The notes: a model not told the origin generated them from the letters alone. 32,000 bases of DNA from an uncultured Selenomonadaceae bacterium (GCA_964611665.1 CAZTAP010000002.1:1-32000), one strand, 5' to 3'; shown: positions 16,380-25,557, numbered from the stretch's first letter. Made by a program: numbers and translations.

Positions 16380-17348
16380 GTGATAAAAGAGAAAGCAGTA
16401 GAAACTTTGGAAATAGAAGCAGCAGCGGTAGCGAAGCTTACAGAACGTATCGATGATGAGTTCGAGGCTGCAATCCACTGTATCCTGGATTGTAATGCGC
16501 GGGTTGTCGTGACAGGAATGGGAAAATCCGGTCATATCGGCAGAAAAATCGCAGCAAGCCTGGCCAGTACAGGAACGCCTGCCTTTTTCATGCATCCGGC
16601 AGAGGCCTTTCATGGCGACCTTGGCATGGTGACGGAAAATGATGTGGTCATTGCGATTTCAAACAGCGGAGAGTCTGCGGAGGTAGTGAATATCCTGCCA
16701 ATCATCCGCAGAATCGGTGCGACAATCATTGCGATGTGCGGCCGCAGGGAATCAGCACTGGGCAGGAACAGCGATTACTTCATTGATATCAGTGTTGAAC
16801 GCGAAGCCTGTCCGCTGGGGCTTGCACCGACGGCCAGCACGACGGCTACGCTCGCGATGGGCGATGCGATGACGATTGCACTGCTTTCGGCGCGCAATTT
16901 CACTGCGCAGGATTTTGCCGTGTTCCATCCGGGCGGAGCGCTGGGACGGAAGCTTTTGCTTACCGTGGAGAATGTCATGCACAGCGGGCAGGATAATCCG
17001 ATCATCCATTACAGCAAGACGGCGAAAGAAGCTTTGTTTATGATGACGGACAAGGGGCTCGGCGCGACTTCTGTCGTAAATGATGAGGGCAAATTCATCG
17101 GTCTCGTGACCGATGGAGATATCCGCCGCTGTCTCGCCAAGGGCAGTGAGTTCCTGGAGGCATCGGTGGAGCATCTCATGACACGCGAGCCGCTCACGAT
17201 TACAAAAGAAAAGCTTGCAGCTTCGGCACTGAGCCTGATGGAGAAGCATAAGCCTCATCCAATCACGGTGCTTCCGGTCATTGACGCAGACAAAAACCCG
17301 GTTGGCATTGTCCATCTTACGGATTTGCTCAGACAGGGAGTTGTCTGA
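16380..17348 (+). CDS. kdsD: Arabinose-5-phosphate isomerase (SIS domain plus two CBS domains)
   Basis: GTG start with RBS AGGAGG. VVVTGMGKSGHIGRKIAASLASTGTPAFF.HPAEA.HGDLG. C-terminal CBS pair. Confidence 0.9.
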   Translation: MIKEKAVETLEIEAAAVAKLTERIDDEFEAAIHCILDCNARVVVTGMGKSGHIGRKIAASLASTGTPAFFMHPAEAFHGDLGMVTENDVVIAISNSGESAEVVNILPIIRRIGATIIAMCGRRESALGRNSDYFIDISVEREACPLGLAPTASTTATLAMGDAMTIALLSARNFTAQDFAVFHPGGALGRKLLLTVENVMHSGQDNPIIHYSKTAKEALFMMTDKGLGATSVVNDEGKFIGLVTDGDIRRCLAKGSEFLEASVEHLMTREPLTITKEKLAASALSLMEKHKPHPITVLPVIDADKNPVGIVHLTDLLRQGVV

Positions 17349-17349
17349 T

Positions 17350-17922
17350 ATGGAAATTCGGACCGGAGCCAGAGAAAAGGCTGGAAAAATCCAGCTGATC
17401 ATTTTTGATGTAGATGGAGTTTTGACGGACGGCGGTATTTATGTCGGTCCGGAAGGAGAGCTTTTCAAGCCCTTTAACTGTAAGGATGGGCTGGGCATTA
17501 CGCTCTGGCATCGGGCCGGACGGAAGACTGCTGTCATTACAGGACGCAGTTCCGCCATGCTTGGACAGCGGGCTGCTGAACTGAAGATCACCGCAGTCTG
17601 GCAGGGAAAACGGGATAAGCGCCAGGCCTATCGGGAGCTCAAGGAGAAGTTCCATCTGAGGGATGAGGAAATTGCCTATATCGGAGATGACCTCATCGAC
17701 TTGCCGGTTATGCTGCAGGCGGGCTTGGCGGCAGCACCAGCTGATGCGGTGCCCGATGTGCTGCAGCGCGCGGATCTGATCGCGGGTAATCTGGGCGGTC
17801 ATGGTGCAGTGCGTGAGATTTTGGAATTTATCCTGCAGGAGCAGAATAAATGGCAGGAATTGCTGGCGGATTTTTTGACGCCGGAAAACAACGAAAACAA
17901 TACGTTGAACTTAGCTCAATGA
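17350..17922 (+). CDS. kdsC: Kdo-8-phosphate phosphatase (HAD superfamily)
   Basis: The ATG at 17350 sits 1 nt after the kdsD stop; the track start at 17281 is rejected. IQLIIFDVDGVLTDG, ITGR, YIGDD.IDL. Confidence 0.85.
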   Translation: MEIRTGAREKAGKIQLIIFDVDGVLTDGGIYVGPEGELFKPFNCKDGLGITLWHRAGRKTAVITGRSSAMLGQRAAELKITAVWQGKRDKRQAYRELKEKFHLRDEEIAYIGDDLIDLPVMLQAGLAAAPADAVPDVLQRADLIAGNLGGHGAVREILEFILQEQNKWQELLADFLTPENNENNTLNLAQ

Positions 17923-17938
17923 TTTTGGGGGAGCATCC

Positions 17939-18850
17939 ATGCAATATCAAATCTTGATGGGGATGAGCCGGATGATTTGCTGCTTGCCGCATTCCTTTCT
18001 GCTGTTTTTGGGAAAGGTTCTGGGGCATCTTTACTATCATTTGATTCATAAGCAAAGGAATCTGGCCATAAAGCAGATGAAGACATCATTGAATATTCCA
18101 GAGGACGAGGCAAAGCGGATCGTAATGGATTCCTTTGTGAACCTGGGCCGTAATGCGCTGGAAATCATGTATATGCCGCATCTCTCCAAAGAAAATTTTA
18201 AACAATATATTGAAATCGAAAATCTGGAGCGGCTGACCGGTGCGCTTGCGGAAGGACATGGGGTCGTCATTCTTACCGGACATATCGGAACATGGGAATG
18301 GCTTTCGGCCGCACTGACTTTTTCCGGTCTGCCGGTTACGGCGATTGCCAAGCCGCAGCCGAATGAACAGTATACACGTGTGCTGAATGATCTCAGGGCT
18401 ACGGTCGGAGTCGAGATTTTTTCACGGGGCACAAGTGAATTGCTTGCTGCTGCCAGAGCTTTGAAAAAAGGAAAGATCCTTGGTTTTCTGGCAGATCAGG
18501 ACGCAGGGCCGGGCGGAGCGTTTACGGAGTTTCTTGGACGTACAGCTTCTACGCCAATGGGGCCGGCAGTCTTTGCAAAGAAATTCAATTCTCCTGTTGT
18601 TCCAGCCTTTATTCTGAGACGTCCGGATGGACGCCACAGGGTGGTCATTGGTGAGGTCATGCGCTATGTTGATCACGGTGATTCTGATGCCGATCTTTTT
18701 GCATTTACGGTTAAAATGACAAAAATCCTCGATCGGATCATCCGGGAGAATCCTACACAGTGGCTTTGGTTTCAAAAGCGCTGGAATACGCCGCCGGATG
18801 AGCAGAAGCAGAAGCATCATACGGTCAGGACCCAGATGGAGGAAAAATGA
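17939..18850 (+). CDS. LpxL/HtrB-family late lipid A acyltransferase, copy 2
   Basis: RBS GGGGGA. HX4E motif TGHIGTWEW. C-terminal IRENPTQWLWFQKRW. Paralogous in layout to 5265..6125. Confidence 0.8.
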   Translation: MQYQILMGMSRMICCLPHSFLLFLGKVLGHLYYHLIHKQRNLAIKQMKTSLNIPEDEAKRIVMDSFVNLGRNALEIMYMPHLSKENFKQYIEIENLERLTGALAEGHGVVILTGHIGTWEWLSAALTFSGLPVTAIAKPQPNEQYTRVLNDLRATVGVEIFSRGTSELLAAARALKKGKILGFLADQDAGPGGAFTEFLGRTASTPMGPAVFAKKFNSPVVPAFILRRPDGRHRVVIGEVMRYVDHGDSDADLFAFTVKMTKILDRIIRENPTQWLWFQKRWNTPPDEQKQKHHTVRTQMEEK

Positions 18851-19428
18851 GTACAAAAGGAAAAATCTTAATCGGTATCGGTGCAGTGCTGCTGCTTTCC
18901 CTCATTGTGTGGGCTGTGCGCAGCGTGCCGGATGTCTCTCATGAAGAGACACAGGAACCGACGAAGGTCATGAAATACAGCGATAATACGATCAGCGCAG
19001 AAAAGAATGGCCGTACAATCTGGAAGCTCAGTGCTGAATACATGGAGATGGAAACGGATACACAAAATGCATCCTTTACGAATGCCAGTGCCACGTTTTA
19101 TCAGGAAGACGGACGTACAGCTGTCCTGACTGCTCCGCATGGATACTATGATGCGCAGAGCAAGAATCTGAAGATCGATGGCGGTGTGAACATCAAGACC
19201 AGTGATGGTGCGGAGCTTACCTGCAACGAACTGGACTGGACAGATGCCGATGGCATGCTGGCAGCTGTTGGGGAAGCAAAGGTGGTAAAAGAGGCGGATG
19301 CCTTGCTTGGAACCGGAGAGCGTATTGAGTCGACGGATGGCTTCAATAAGTTCAAGATCAAAGGCAGCGACAAGCAAAAGGCACATCTTGCAAAGGGGAG
19401 CGCAGGGCAAAATGCAAATACGAACTAA
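18847..19428 (+). CDS. lptC: LptC-like LPS export protein (N-terminal membrane anchor plus beta-jellyroll)
   Basis: ATGA overlap with the upstream gene. Single N-terminal TM (ILIGIGAVLLLSLIVWAV) followed by strand-rich sequence. Immediately upstream of lptA-lptB. The assignment rests mainly on architecture and synteny. Confidence 0.65.
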   Translation: MSTKGKILIGIGAVLLLSLIVWAVRSVPDVSHEETQEPTKVMKYSDNTISAEKNGRTIWKLSAEYMEMETDTQNASFTNASATFYQEDGRTAVLTAPHGYYDAQSKNLKIDGGVNIKTSDGAELTCNELDWTDADGMLAAVGEAKVVKEADALLGTGERIESTDGFNKFKIKGSDKQKAHLAKGSAGQNANTN

Positions 19429-20212
19429 ATTGAATCAAACGATTTTGATGGCCGCAATGGGTGTCCTTCTGGGCATGGGAACAATCTGTGCAGCAGCGGA
19501 TACACCGGCACCAGCAGCTCAGCCAGCCGAGCCGGCTGAGCTGGATGGCGATACCGTATCCTACGATATGAAGTCAGGAGTGGTGACTGCCGAAGGCGAT
19601 GTGCTTATGGTACGCGGAACGACAAAGATTGCAGGTGCGAGAGCGGAGTATAATTCAAAGACGCAGCAGGGATCTGTGACGGGCAACGTCGTTGCGATCA
19701 AAGATGCTATGCGTATGACAGCGCAGACGGTTGTCATGGACCAGAAAGATCACATCACGGCTTCGGGCGGTGTTACAGCGACCAAGGGAAATCTGCAAAT
19801 GCAGGCAGCCCAGGTTGTAGCTGAAGGCCAGAACCATTTCATTGCTACGGGGGATGTCCATGGACAGCAGGAGGACAAAACCTTTGCCGGTCCGAAAGTG
19901 GATTTTCATCAGGATACGAACTATGTGCTCATAGAAAGCGGCGGCACCATTACTTCCAAAGATGGTGTATTTACGGCAGACCATATGGAGGGATGGCTTA
20001 CGGATAATCATTTCAAGGGCATCGGCAACGCGCATATCGTAAGCCCGCCGCGTAATTTTGAAGGCGGCGGTGATGTCGCGGATTATTATGGACAGGCAGA
20101 CGGCAAGGTCACACTTGATGGCAATGCCTGGGCTGTTCAGGAGAATAACACACTTAAGGGAAATCATCTTACGGTTTATCTGGAAAATAACGGTAGTGTA
20201 AAGGCCGAATAA
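19412..20212 (+). CDS. lptA: LptA/OstA-like periplasmic LPS transport protein (extended)
   Basis: The ATG at 19412 gives the signal peptide [29 protein letters not shown]; the track start at 19298 is rejected. About seven repeated strand units of the form ..A.G.V........A... (VTAEGDV, VTGNVV, ITASGGV, IATGDV, ...). Upstream of lptB. Confidence 0.7.
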   Translation: MQIRTKLNQTILMAAMGVLLGMGTICAAADTPAPAAQPAEPAELDGDTVSYDMKSGVVTAEGDVLMVRGTTKIAGARAEYNSKTQQGSVTGNVVAIKDAMRMTAQTVVMDQKDHITASGGVTATKGNLQMQAAQVVAEGQNHFIATGDVHGQQEDKTFAGPKVDFHQDTNYVLIESGGTITSKDGVFTADHMEGWLTDNHFKGIGNAHIVSPPRNFEGGGDVADYYGQADGKVTLDGNAWAVQENNTLKGNHLTVYLENNGSVKAE

Positions 20213-20255
20213 GGAAAGAAATATACCTCAGCATGGGGTTTGGAGGGTTTACCAC

Positions 20256-20975
20256 TTGCATATAGAAGCTAAAAACTTAGTCAAGACATTTAAGCACCGC
20301 AATGTTGTCGACCGCGTGTCGCTGCGGGTGGAAAAGGGCGAAATCGTTGGCCTTTTGGGGCCAAATGGTGCGGGCAAAACGACGACCTTTTATATGATTG
20401 TCGGCCTGGAACAGCCGACCTCGGGTGAGGTCTATATTTCCGACGTGAAGATTGGCAGTCTGCCGATGTGCAAGCGGGCGGAGATGGGCATCAGCTACCT
20501 GGCTCAGGAAGCATCGATCTTTCGTAAGCTGACGGTGGAAGAAAATCTGATGTCCATACTGGAAACTACGAAGCTTTCTCATGCGGAGCGCCGGACGAAG
20601 GTCGGTGAGCTTTTGGAAGAGTTCCATATTACCCATGTGCGTGAGCGCAAAGGCACGGAGCTTTCTGGTGGTGAGCGCCGCCGCGTGGAGATCGCACGCT
20701 GTCTGGCGCTTGAACCGCAATTTATCCTGTTGGATGAACCTTTTGCCGGCGTCGATCCAATCGCCGTGGCAGATATTCAGGATATTATCCAGTATCTGCG
20801 CCAGCGCGGTATGGGAATACTCATCACGGATCATAATGTGCGCGAGACTCTGCATATTGTTGACCGGGCATACATCCTCAATGAGGGAAAGATTCTTTTG
20901 GAGGGTGACAGCGAGACCATTGCACATAGTGAAATTGCCAGGAAATTTTATCTTGGTGATAACTTTACATTATAG
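20256..20975 (+). CDS. lptB: LPS export ABC transporter ATP-binding protein
   Basis: TTG start with RBS GGAGGG 8 nt upstream. Walker [14 protein letters not shown], signature LSGGERRR, Walker [13 protein letters not shown]. The C-terminal ...[10 protein letters not shown] is typical of LptB. Confidence 0.9.
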   Translation: MHIEAKNLVKTFKHRNVVDRVSLRVEKGEIVGLLGPNGAGKTTTFYMIVGLEQPTSGEVYISDVKIGSLPMCKRAEMGISYLAQEASIFRKLTVEENLMSILETTKLSHAERRTKVGELLEEFHITHVRERKGTELSGGERRRVEIARCLALEPQFILLDEPFAGVDPIAVADIQDIIQYLRQRGMGILITDHNVRETLHIVDRAYILNEGKILLEGDSETIAHSEIARKFYLGDNFTL

Positions 20976-20986
20976 GAGAATGACAC

Positions 20987-22078
20987 ATGCGTATTCGTAT
21001 ATTAGACAGATATATTTTTAAAGAAGTCTTTATGACGTTTATTTTCGGCATTTGTGCGTTCTCTGCAGTATTCATCGGTTCAGGGACACTTTTCCGTATT
21101 GCGCAGTACATTACGGATTATGGAGCTTCCCTGAGTGCAGTGCTGAAGATCTTCATTTTCAGCCTGCCGGGTGTAATCATGTATACGTTTCCGATGTCGA
21201 TGCTGCTCGCAAGTCTTCTGACCTTTGGCAGATTGTCCGGGACAAGCGAGATTACGGCAATGAAGTCCTGCGGTATCAGTTTCAATCGTATTGCCATGCC
21301 AGCCATTATTCTGGGCTTTGTCGTGAGTATTTTTGCCATAGAATTCAATGAATATGTAGTGCCTTGGGCCAATAATGCCTATAGCAATGTGCTCTACTAT
21401 GAGATCCAGGGCAATACGGCTATGAAGTCCCAGGAACATATCATCATCAAGGACATCAATCAGGGACAGATTCAGCGCCTCATCTATGCGCGGCGCTATG
21501 ATTCAGATTCGCAGACCATGCAGGGTGTGACCCTGCAGGTGTTCAAAGAGGGCAAGGTCAGTCATGTGGAGAATGCGGAGTATGCCGAATGGATGGGCAA
21601 TGAATGGAACATGCATAATGGTATTATCTATGATATTTCTGATGGTGAAACTGAGCATACCATGCATTTCAATACACAGATCCTGCCGGTCAATGAGAGT
21701 CCGCGTCAGATTGTGCGTGAGCAGAAAAAACCTGAGGAACTTACGATGAAGGAACTGCGGACGCAGATCGATATCATGCGCTCGCAGTTTGTTGATACGA
21801 AGAAACTGGAGACGGAGCTCTATCAGCGCGTCACGATACCGATGGCGAGCCTGATTTTTACCATTGTAGGCATACCGCTTGGTTTGCAGCCGAATCGCAA
21901 CAGTTCGTCCCGGGGCTTCGCGATGAGTATCATCATCATCTTTATTTATTACAGCTTTATGACGATGTCAGGGGCTATTGCGCAGAGTGGCTCGATCAAT
22001 CCGGCCTATGCCGTATGGATTCCAAATTTTGTCGGGCTTATCGTCGGACTTTGGCTGATGCGCAGAGCTTCGCGCTGA
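20987..22078 (+). CDS. LptF/LptG-family (YjgP/YjgQ) LPS export permease
   Basis: MRIRILDRYIFKEV is the family N-terminus. Three TMs, then a periplasmic beta-jellyroll insert, then three TMs. Confidence 0.85.
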   Translation: MRIRILDRYIFKEVFMTFIFGICAFSAVFIGSGTLFRIAQYITDYGASLSAVLKIFIFSLPGVIMYTFPMSMLLASLLTFGRLSGTSEITAMKSCGISFNRIAMPAIILGFVVSIFAIEFNEYVVPWANNAYSNVLYYEIQGNTAMKSQEHIIIKDINQGQIQRLIYARRYDSDSQTMQGVTLQVFKEGKVSHVENAEYAEWMGNEWNMHNGIIYDISDGETEHTMHFNTQILPVNESPRQIVREQKKPEELTMKELRTQIDIMRSQFVDTKKLETELYQRVTIPMASLIFTIVGIPLGLQPNRNSSSRGFAMSIIIIFIYYSFMTMSGAIAQSGSINPAYAVWIPNFVGLIVGLWLMRRASR

Positions 22079-22106
22079 TTGAATAAAAAAATACGTAAAA
22101 AGGCAG

Positions 22107-23366
22107 GTGTGGCAATTGTATGGTGTACTTCTCATTGTAGTGTTGATTATTACAGGCGGAGCCATTGCGTTCATTGGTGACCGCCTGGGCTCGAAAATTG
22201 GCAAAAAGCGTCTGTCGCTTTTTGGTTTGCGGCCGCGTCATACCTCGATCATCATTACGATCCTGACAGGGATATGCATTACGACACTGACTTTTGGCGT
22301 CATGGCGGCGGCATCAGAAAATGTGCGTACGGCGCTTTTTGGTATGGAGCGTCTGAACCGCACGATGCAGGAAACACAGCAGAAGCTTCAGACGGCTTCT
22401 GCTGAACTCCAGCAGGCACAAACGGAGCAGGACCAGACGAATCAGGACCTGCAGCAATCGAAACAGGAAGTCGATAAGCTGCAGGCGCAGCAGCAGGGGC
22501 TGGAGGAGCAGTCCAGGCGGCTGGAAGAAGGAAACCGTATGTTGGAGCTCGCCAAACAGGAACTCACCGAAAAAAATGGTGAGTTGTCTTTGCGCAATAC
22601 AGATCTTGGGCAGAAGAACATTCTGCTTGGACAGCAGAATGGAGAGCTTTCCGTGAGCAATCTTTCGCTGAACAAAGAAAATGGAAGGCTTACGGAGGAT
22701 AACAAAACGCTGGAAAAGCGTACGGATGAGCTCAGGCAGGGAATCCAGATCATCCGGGAGGGAGATATCATCTTCCGGGCCGGCGAGGTCATTGCGAGCG
22801 GGGTGGTCCGCGGTTCACAGGATGAAAAATCTGTGCGGGCAGATCTTTCTTCTCTGGCGCAGCTTGCAAACCGCAACGTTTCCCAGCGGGTGGGAGCAGA
22901 TGTCTCGGATAAGGAAATCTGGATCTATCAGCCGGAATATGACGAGGCTGTCAATCAGATCATGAACAGCCAGCAGGATATGGTCGTGCGGATCGTAGCA
23001 GCTGGCAATCTGATTCGCGGTGAAGCAATCCGGACATCCCTGCAGCTTTATAAGAACAGTATCATCTATAAGAACAACGAGTTCATCATTGCGCGCCCTT
23101 ATACGCTTACGGGCAAGAGTGAGGGGGAGGCTGAACGTACGGTCATGGACTTCCTGCAGCAGGTCAATCAGTCGGCAACGGCCAGAGGTATTCTGCCAGA
23201 TCCGATCCGGGGCTCTGTTGGTGTGATGGAAGGCGCTCAGTTCTATGATATTGTACAGTCGCTTGCTCCGATACGCGGCAATATATTGCTTTCGGCTTAT
23301 GCGCGCGGTGACACGGATGCTTTGGGACCGCTTCGTCTGAATATCAAGCTTGAGGGTGAAAAATGA
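22107..23366 (+). CDS. Membrane-anchored coiled-coil protein, DUF3084-like; function unknown
   Basis: GTG start. Two N-terminal TMs flank GDRLGSKIGKKRLSLFGLRPRHTS, which I recall as the DUF3084 signature also seen in cyanobacteria. This is followed by a ~150-aa Q/E/L/N coiled coil and a ~220-aa C-terminal globular region. Confidence 0.7.
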   Translation: MWQLYGVLLIVVLIITGGAIAFIGDRLGSKIGKKRLSLFGLRPRHTSIIITILTGICITTLTFGVMAAASENVRTALFGMERLNRTMQETQQKLQTASAELQQAQTEQDQTNQDLQQSKQEVDKLQAQQQGLEEQSRRLEEGNRMLELAKQELTEKNGELSLRNTDLGQKNILLGQQNGELSVSNLSLNKENGRLTEDNKTLEKRTDELRQGIQIIREGDIIFRAGEVIASGVVRGSQDEKSVRADLSSLAQLANRNVSQRVGADVSDKEIWIYQPEYDEAVNQIMNSQQDMVVRIVAAGNLIRGEAIRTSLQLYKNSIIYKNNEFIIARPYTLTGKSEGEAERTVMDFLQQVNQSATARGILPDPIRGSVGVMEGAQFYDIVQSLAPIRGNILLSAYARGDTDALGPLRLNIKLEGEK

Positions 23367-23373
23367 CAGATAA

Positions 23374-23399
23374 GGGCCGCCATGCGCGGCTCTTTTTTT
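23374..23399 (+). terminator. Rho-independent terminator
   Basis: GGGCCGC, a 5-nt loop (catgc) and GCGGCTC form a 7-bp stem followed by T7. The T-run abuts the GGAGG RBS of the next gene. Confidence 0.75.
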
Positions 23400-23412
23400 G
23401 GAGGTGAAGAGG

Positions 23413-23844
23413 ATGATTGCAGCACTTGATCCGGGACGGGATAAATGTGGTTTCGCGGTTTTGGAGGAAAATGGCAGTATTTTGCAGCAAAGAGTTATTG
23501 AAACGTCCTGTTTGGAGCAGGAAATCGATACAGCGCTCGCGAAATATACTATAGATGTCCTGGTCATGGGAAACGGAACGACGAGTCAGCAGGCGCGGCA
23601 GCGCATAGAAAAGGCCTGTCCGCAGCTCAGGCTTCTTGTCGTCGATGAATATCGTACGACGGAGCTTGCCAAAAAGGCTTACTGGAAGGCAAATCCGCCG
23701 CGTGGCTGGCGCTGGCTTTTGCCGGTTTCTATGCAGGTTCCGCCGGTTCCGGTGGATGATTTTGTCGCAGTTATCCTGGCACGAAGATATTTGGCAGATG
23801 TGAAGCAAAGAAAATCAAAGGGAAAGGGAGAAGATCAAGTATGA
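23413..23844 (+). CDS. RNase H-fold protein, YqgF/RuvX-like putative nuclease
   Basis: The ATG at 23413 (RBS GGAGG 8 nt upstream) is preferred over the TTG at 23398. IAALDPGRDKCGFAVL resembles the first acidic motif of YqgF/RuvC-fold proteins. Further acidic residues occur in VVDEYRTT and VDDF. Family assignment is tentative. Confidence 0.55.
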   Translation: MIAALDPGRDKCGFAVLEENGSILQQRVIETSCLEQEIDTALAKYTIDVLVMGNGTTSQQARQRIEKACPQLRLLVVDEYRTTELAKKAYWKANPPRGWRWLLPVSMQVPPVPVDDFVAVILARRYLADVKQRKSKGKGEDQV

Positions 23845-24275
23845 ACAAAAAAGCAGAAATATTTAATGCAATGCTTGCGGAAAATAAAATAGAGGCGTTT
23901 CATACGGAGGAACTTGAGGATGAGTTCCATACTGTTTTGTATCGGTCTGGTATGGAGATTCAGGGACAGTATCTGCCGACCATCCTGATTCTTGATGACT
24001 CCATTTATACACTGGTGCGTGTAGTTATAGCTTCAAGGGTTGTTACAGCAGAGAACAAGACGCAGGTAGAGAATTATATCGATGGAGTAAATCAGCACTA
24101 TAAGATCTTCAAATACTATACGACAGAAGAGGGGGATCTTGTTCTTGATTGCTGTGTTCCATCGAGCGATGAGCACTTTGACTCCAATCTGATCCGTACG
24201 ATCCTTGATGTCATATTGAAACATCTGGAGGAAAGCTATAAGGAAACGATGAAGGCGGTCTGGGCTGAGGCTTAA
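23841..24275 (+). CDS. YbjN-like (secretion-chaperone-like fold) hypothetical protein
   Basis: ATGA-type overlap with the upstream gene. Acidic 144-aa protein whose predicted alpha/beta pattern (F...L.E..I.F.....D..F, ILDDSIYTLV, KYYTTEEGDLVLDC) resembles my recollection of YbjN-domain proteins. Tentative. Confidence 0.45.
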   Translation: MNKKAEIFNAMLAENKIEAFHTEELEDEFHTVLYRSGMEIQGQYLPTILILDDSIYTLVRVVIASRVVTAENKTQVENYIDGVNQHYKIFKYYTTEEGDLVLDCCVPSSDEHFDSNLIRTILDVILKHLEESYKETMKAVWAEA

Positions 24276-24292
24276 GGACTGAAACGTTTGCG

Positions 24293-24327
24293 GATGCGCA
24301 GCATGAGCTGCGCATCTTTTTCTTTTT
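24293..24327 (+). terminator. Strong rho-independent terminator
   Basis: Perfect 10-bp stem GATGCGCAGC / GCTGCGCATC with loop ATGA, followed by TTTTTCTTTTT. Confidence 0.85.
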
Positions 24328-24329
24328 CG

Positions 24330-24358
24330 TTGACAGCAGTCCATGCGTGATGTAAAAT
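24330..24358 (+). promoter_or_regulatory. Sigma70 promoter: consensus TTGACA, 17-nt spacer, TAAAAT
   Basis: TTGACA at 24330-24335, an exact 17-nt spacer and TAAAAT at 24353-24358. It lies directly after the terminator and ~35 nt upstream of wecA. Confidence 0.7.
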
Positions 24359-24391
24359 GGGGGTGTTGTAAAGAAAAGGGGTGCGAACTGT

Positions 24392-25441
24392 ATGCCGAAT
24401 TATATTTTGGCGTTTCTCATTGCCGTGGTGGTTGCGTTGGCAATAACGCCAGGGGTTATTTTTTTGGCTGCGAAAACAGGAGCGATGGATGCTCCGGATG
24501 CAAGAAAGGTGCATAAAAAACCTATACCGCGTATTGGCGGTCTGGGGATCTATGCGGCTTTTATGGTTTCCATGCTGACGGTCATGGTGTTTACCGACCT
24601 TTCGGCAGATGTGTTCCATGAGCTTGTTGGCCTGATGGTCAGTGGAACGATGATTGTTATTCTTGGTTTGATTGATGACTATACGAACCTTCCAGCCAAG
24701 GTCAAGCTGGCTGGACAGATTGCTGCCGCCTGTGTGCTGGTGGCGTTTGATGTGCGTATTGATTTTATTTCTGATCCGTTTGGGGATTTCCTTTATCTTG
24801 AGGTTTTTGCGATTCCAGCGACGATTTTCTGGATTGTCGGTCTTACGAATACGGTGAATCTCATTGACGGCCTGGATGGACTTGCAGCAGGCGTAGCAAC
24901 GATTGCTGCGGTTACGATTTTTCTCGTGGCATTACAGCAGGATTTCCTGCTGGTGGCAGTCCTTACTGCTGCGCTGGCCGGAGCTGCAATTGGTTTTCTC
25001 TACTATAATTTCAACCCGGCGCGTATCTTCATGGGAGATACGGGCAGCATGTTCCTGGGCTTTATGCTCGCGGGAATCTCGATTATCGGTGCAGTGAAGA
25101 GTGCAGCGACGATTGCGCTCATCGTGCCGATCCTGGCGCTTGGGCTGCCAATCCTGGATACGACATTTGCGATTGTACGTCGTTACCGCGGCGGGGTGCC
25201 AATCTTCAAGCCGGATAAGGGACATCTTCATCATCGGCTGCTGGATCTTGGCTTTACGCAGAGACAGGCAGTTCTTCTCATGTACGTGATCAGCGCGCTG
25301 CTTGGCCTTAGTGCTGTAGCGCTTACTGAGGTAAGCAGCACCATTGCCATTCTGATTGTTTGTGCAGTGGTAGCGGCAGTATTGTTTGGGGCAAAGAAAA
25401 TCGGGATATTCCATATGAAGAAATCCGCACAGTCACATTGA
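24392..25441 (+). CDS. wecA: Undecaprenyl-phosphate GlcNAc-1-phosphate transferase (WecA/TagO, MraY-family glycosyltransferase 4)
   Basis: Polytopic membrane protein. ARKVHKKPIPRIGGLGIY, DD...L....K, NLIDGLDGLAAG, FMGDTGS.FLGF. Sugar specificity is inferred from family and the wecB neighbour. Confidence 0.85.
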   Translation: MPNYILAFLIAVVVALAITPGVIFLAAKTGAMDAPDARKVHKKPIPRIGGLGIYAAFMVSMLTVMVFTDLSADVFHELVGLMVSGTMIVILGLIDDYTNLPAKVKLAGQIAAACVLVAFDVRIDFISDPFGDFLYLEVFAIPATIFWIVGLTNTVNLIDGLDGLAAGVATIAAVTIFLVALQQDFLLVAVLTAALAGAAIGFLYYNFNPARIFMGDTGSMFLGFMLAGISIIGAVKSAATIALIVPILALGLPILDTTFAIVRRYRGGVPIFKPDKGHLHHRLLDLGFTQRQAVLLMYVISALLGLSAVALTEVSSTIAILIVCAVVAAVLFGAKKIGIFHMKKSAQSH

Positions 25442-25451
25442 TGCAGAAAGC

Positions 25452-25481
25452 AAAGGCAGGTCGTATAACCTGCCTTTTTTG
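25452..25481 (+). terminator. Rho-independent terminator
   Basis: AAAGGCAGGT, loop cgtata, ACCTGCCTTT, running into a T6 run. Confidence 0.8.
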
Positions 25482-25557
25482 CCATAGTGCAAGAAAACAG
25501 AACATATAGATAAAGCAAAAGATAGAATTCGGCAAATAAAAGCGGAAGGGGATTTTT

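Noticed and set aside
22440-22760. Nucleotide-level repeats (AATGGTGAGTTGTCT, AATGGAGAGCTTTCC, AATGGAAGGCTTACG) considered as a possible tandem-repeat or contingency locus.
   Set aside because: The repeats are degenerate, in frame and spaced at heptad multiples. They simply encode the coiled-coil periodicity of the DUF3084-like protein, not a variable-number tandem repeat.
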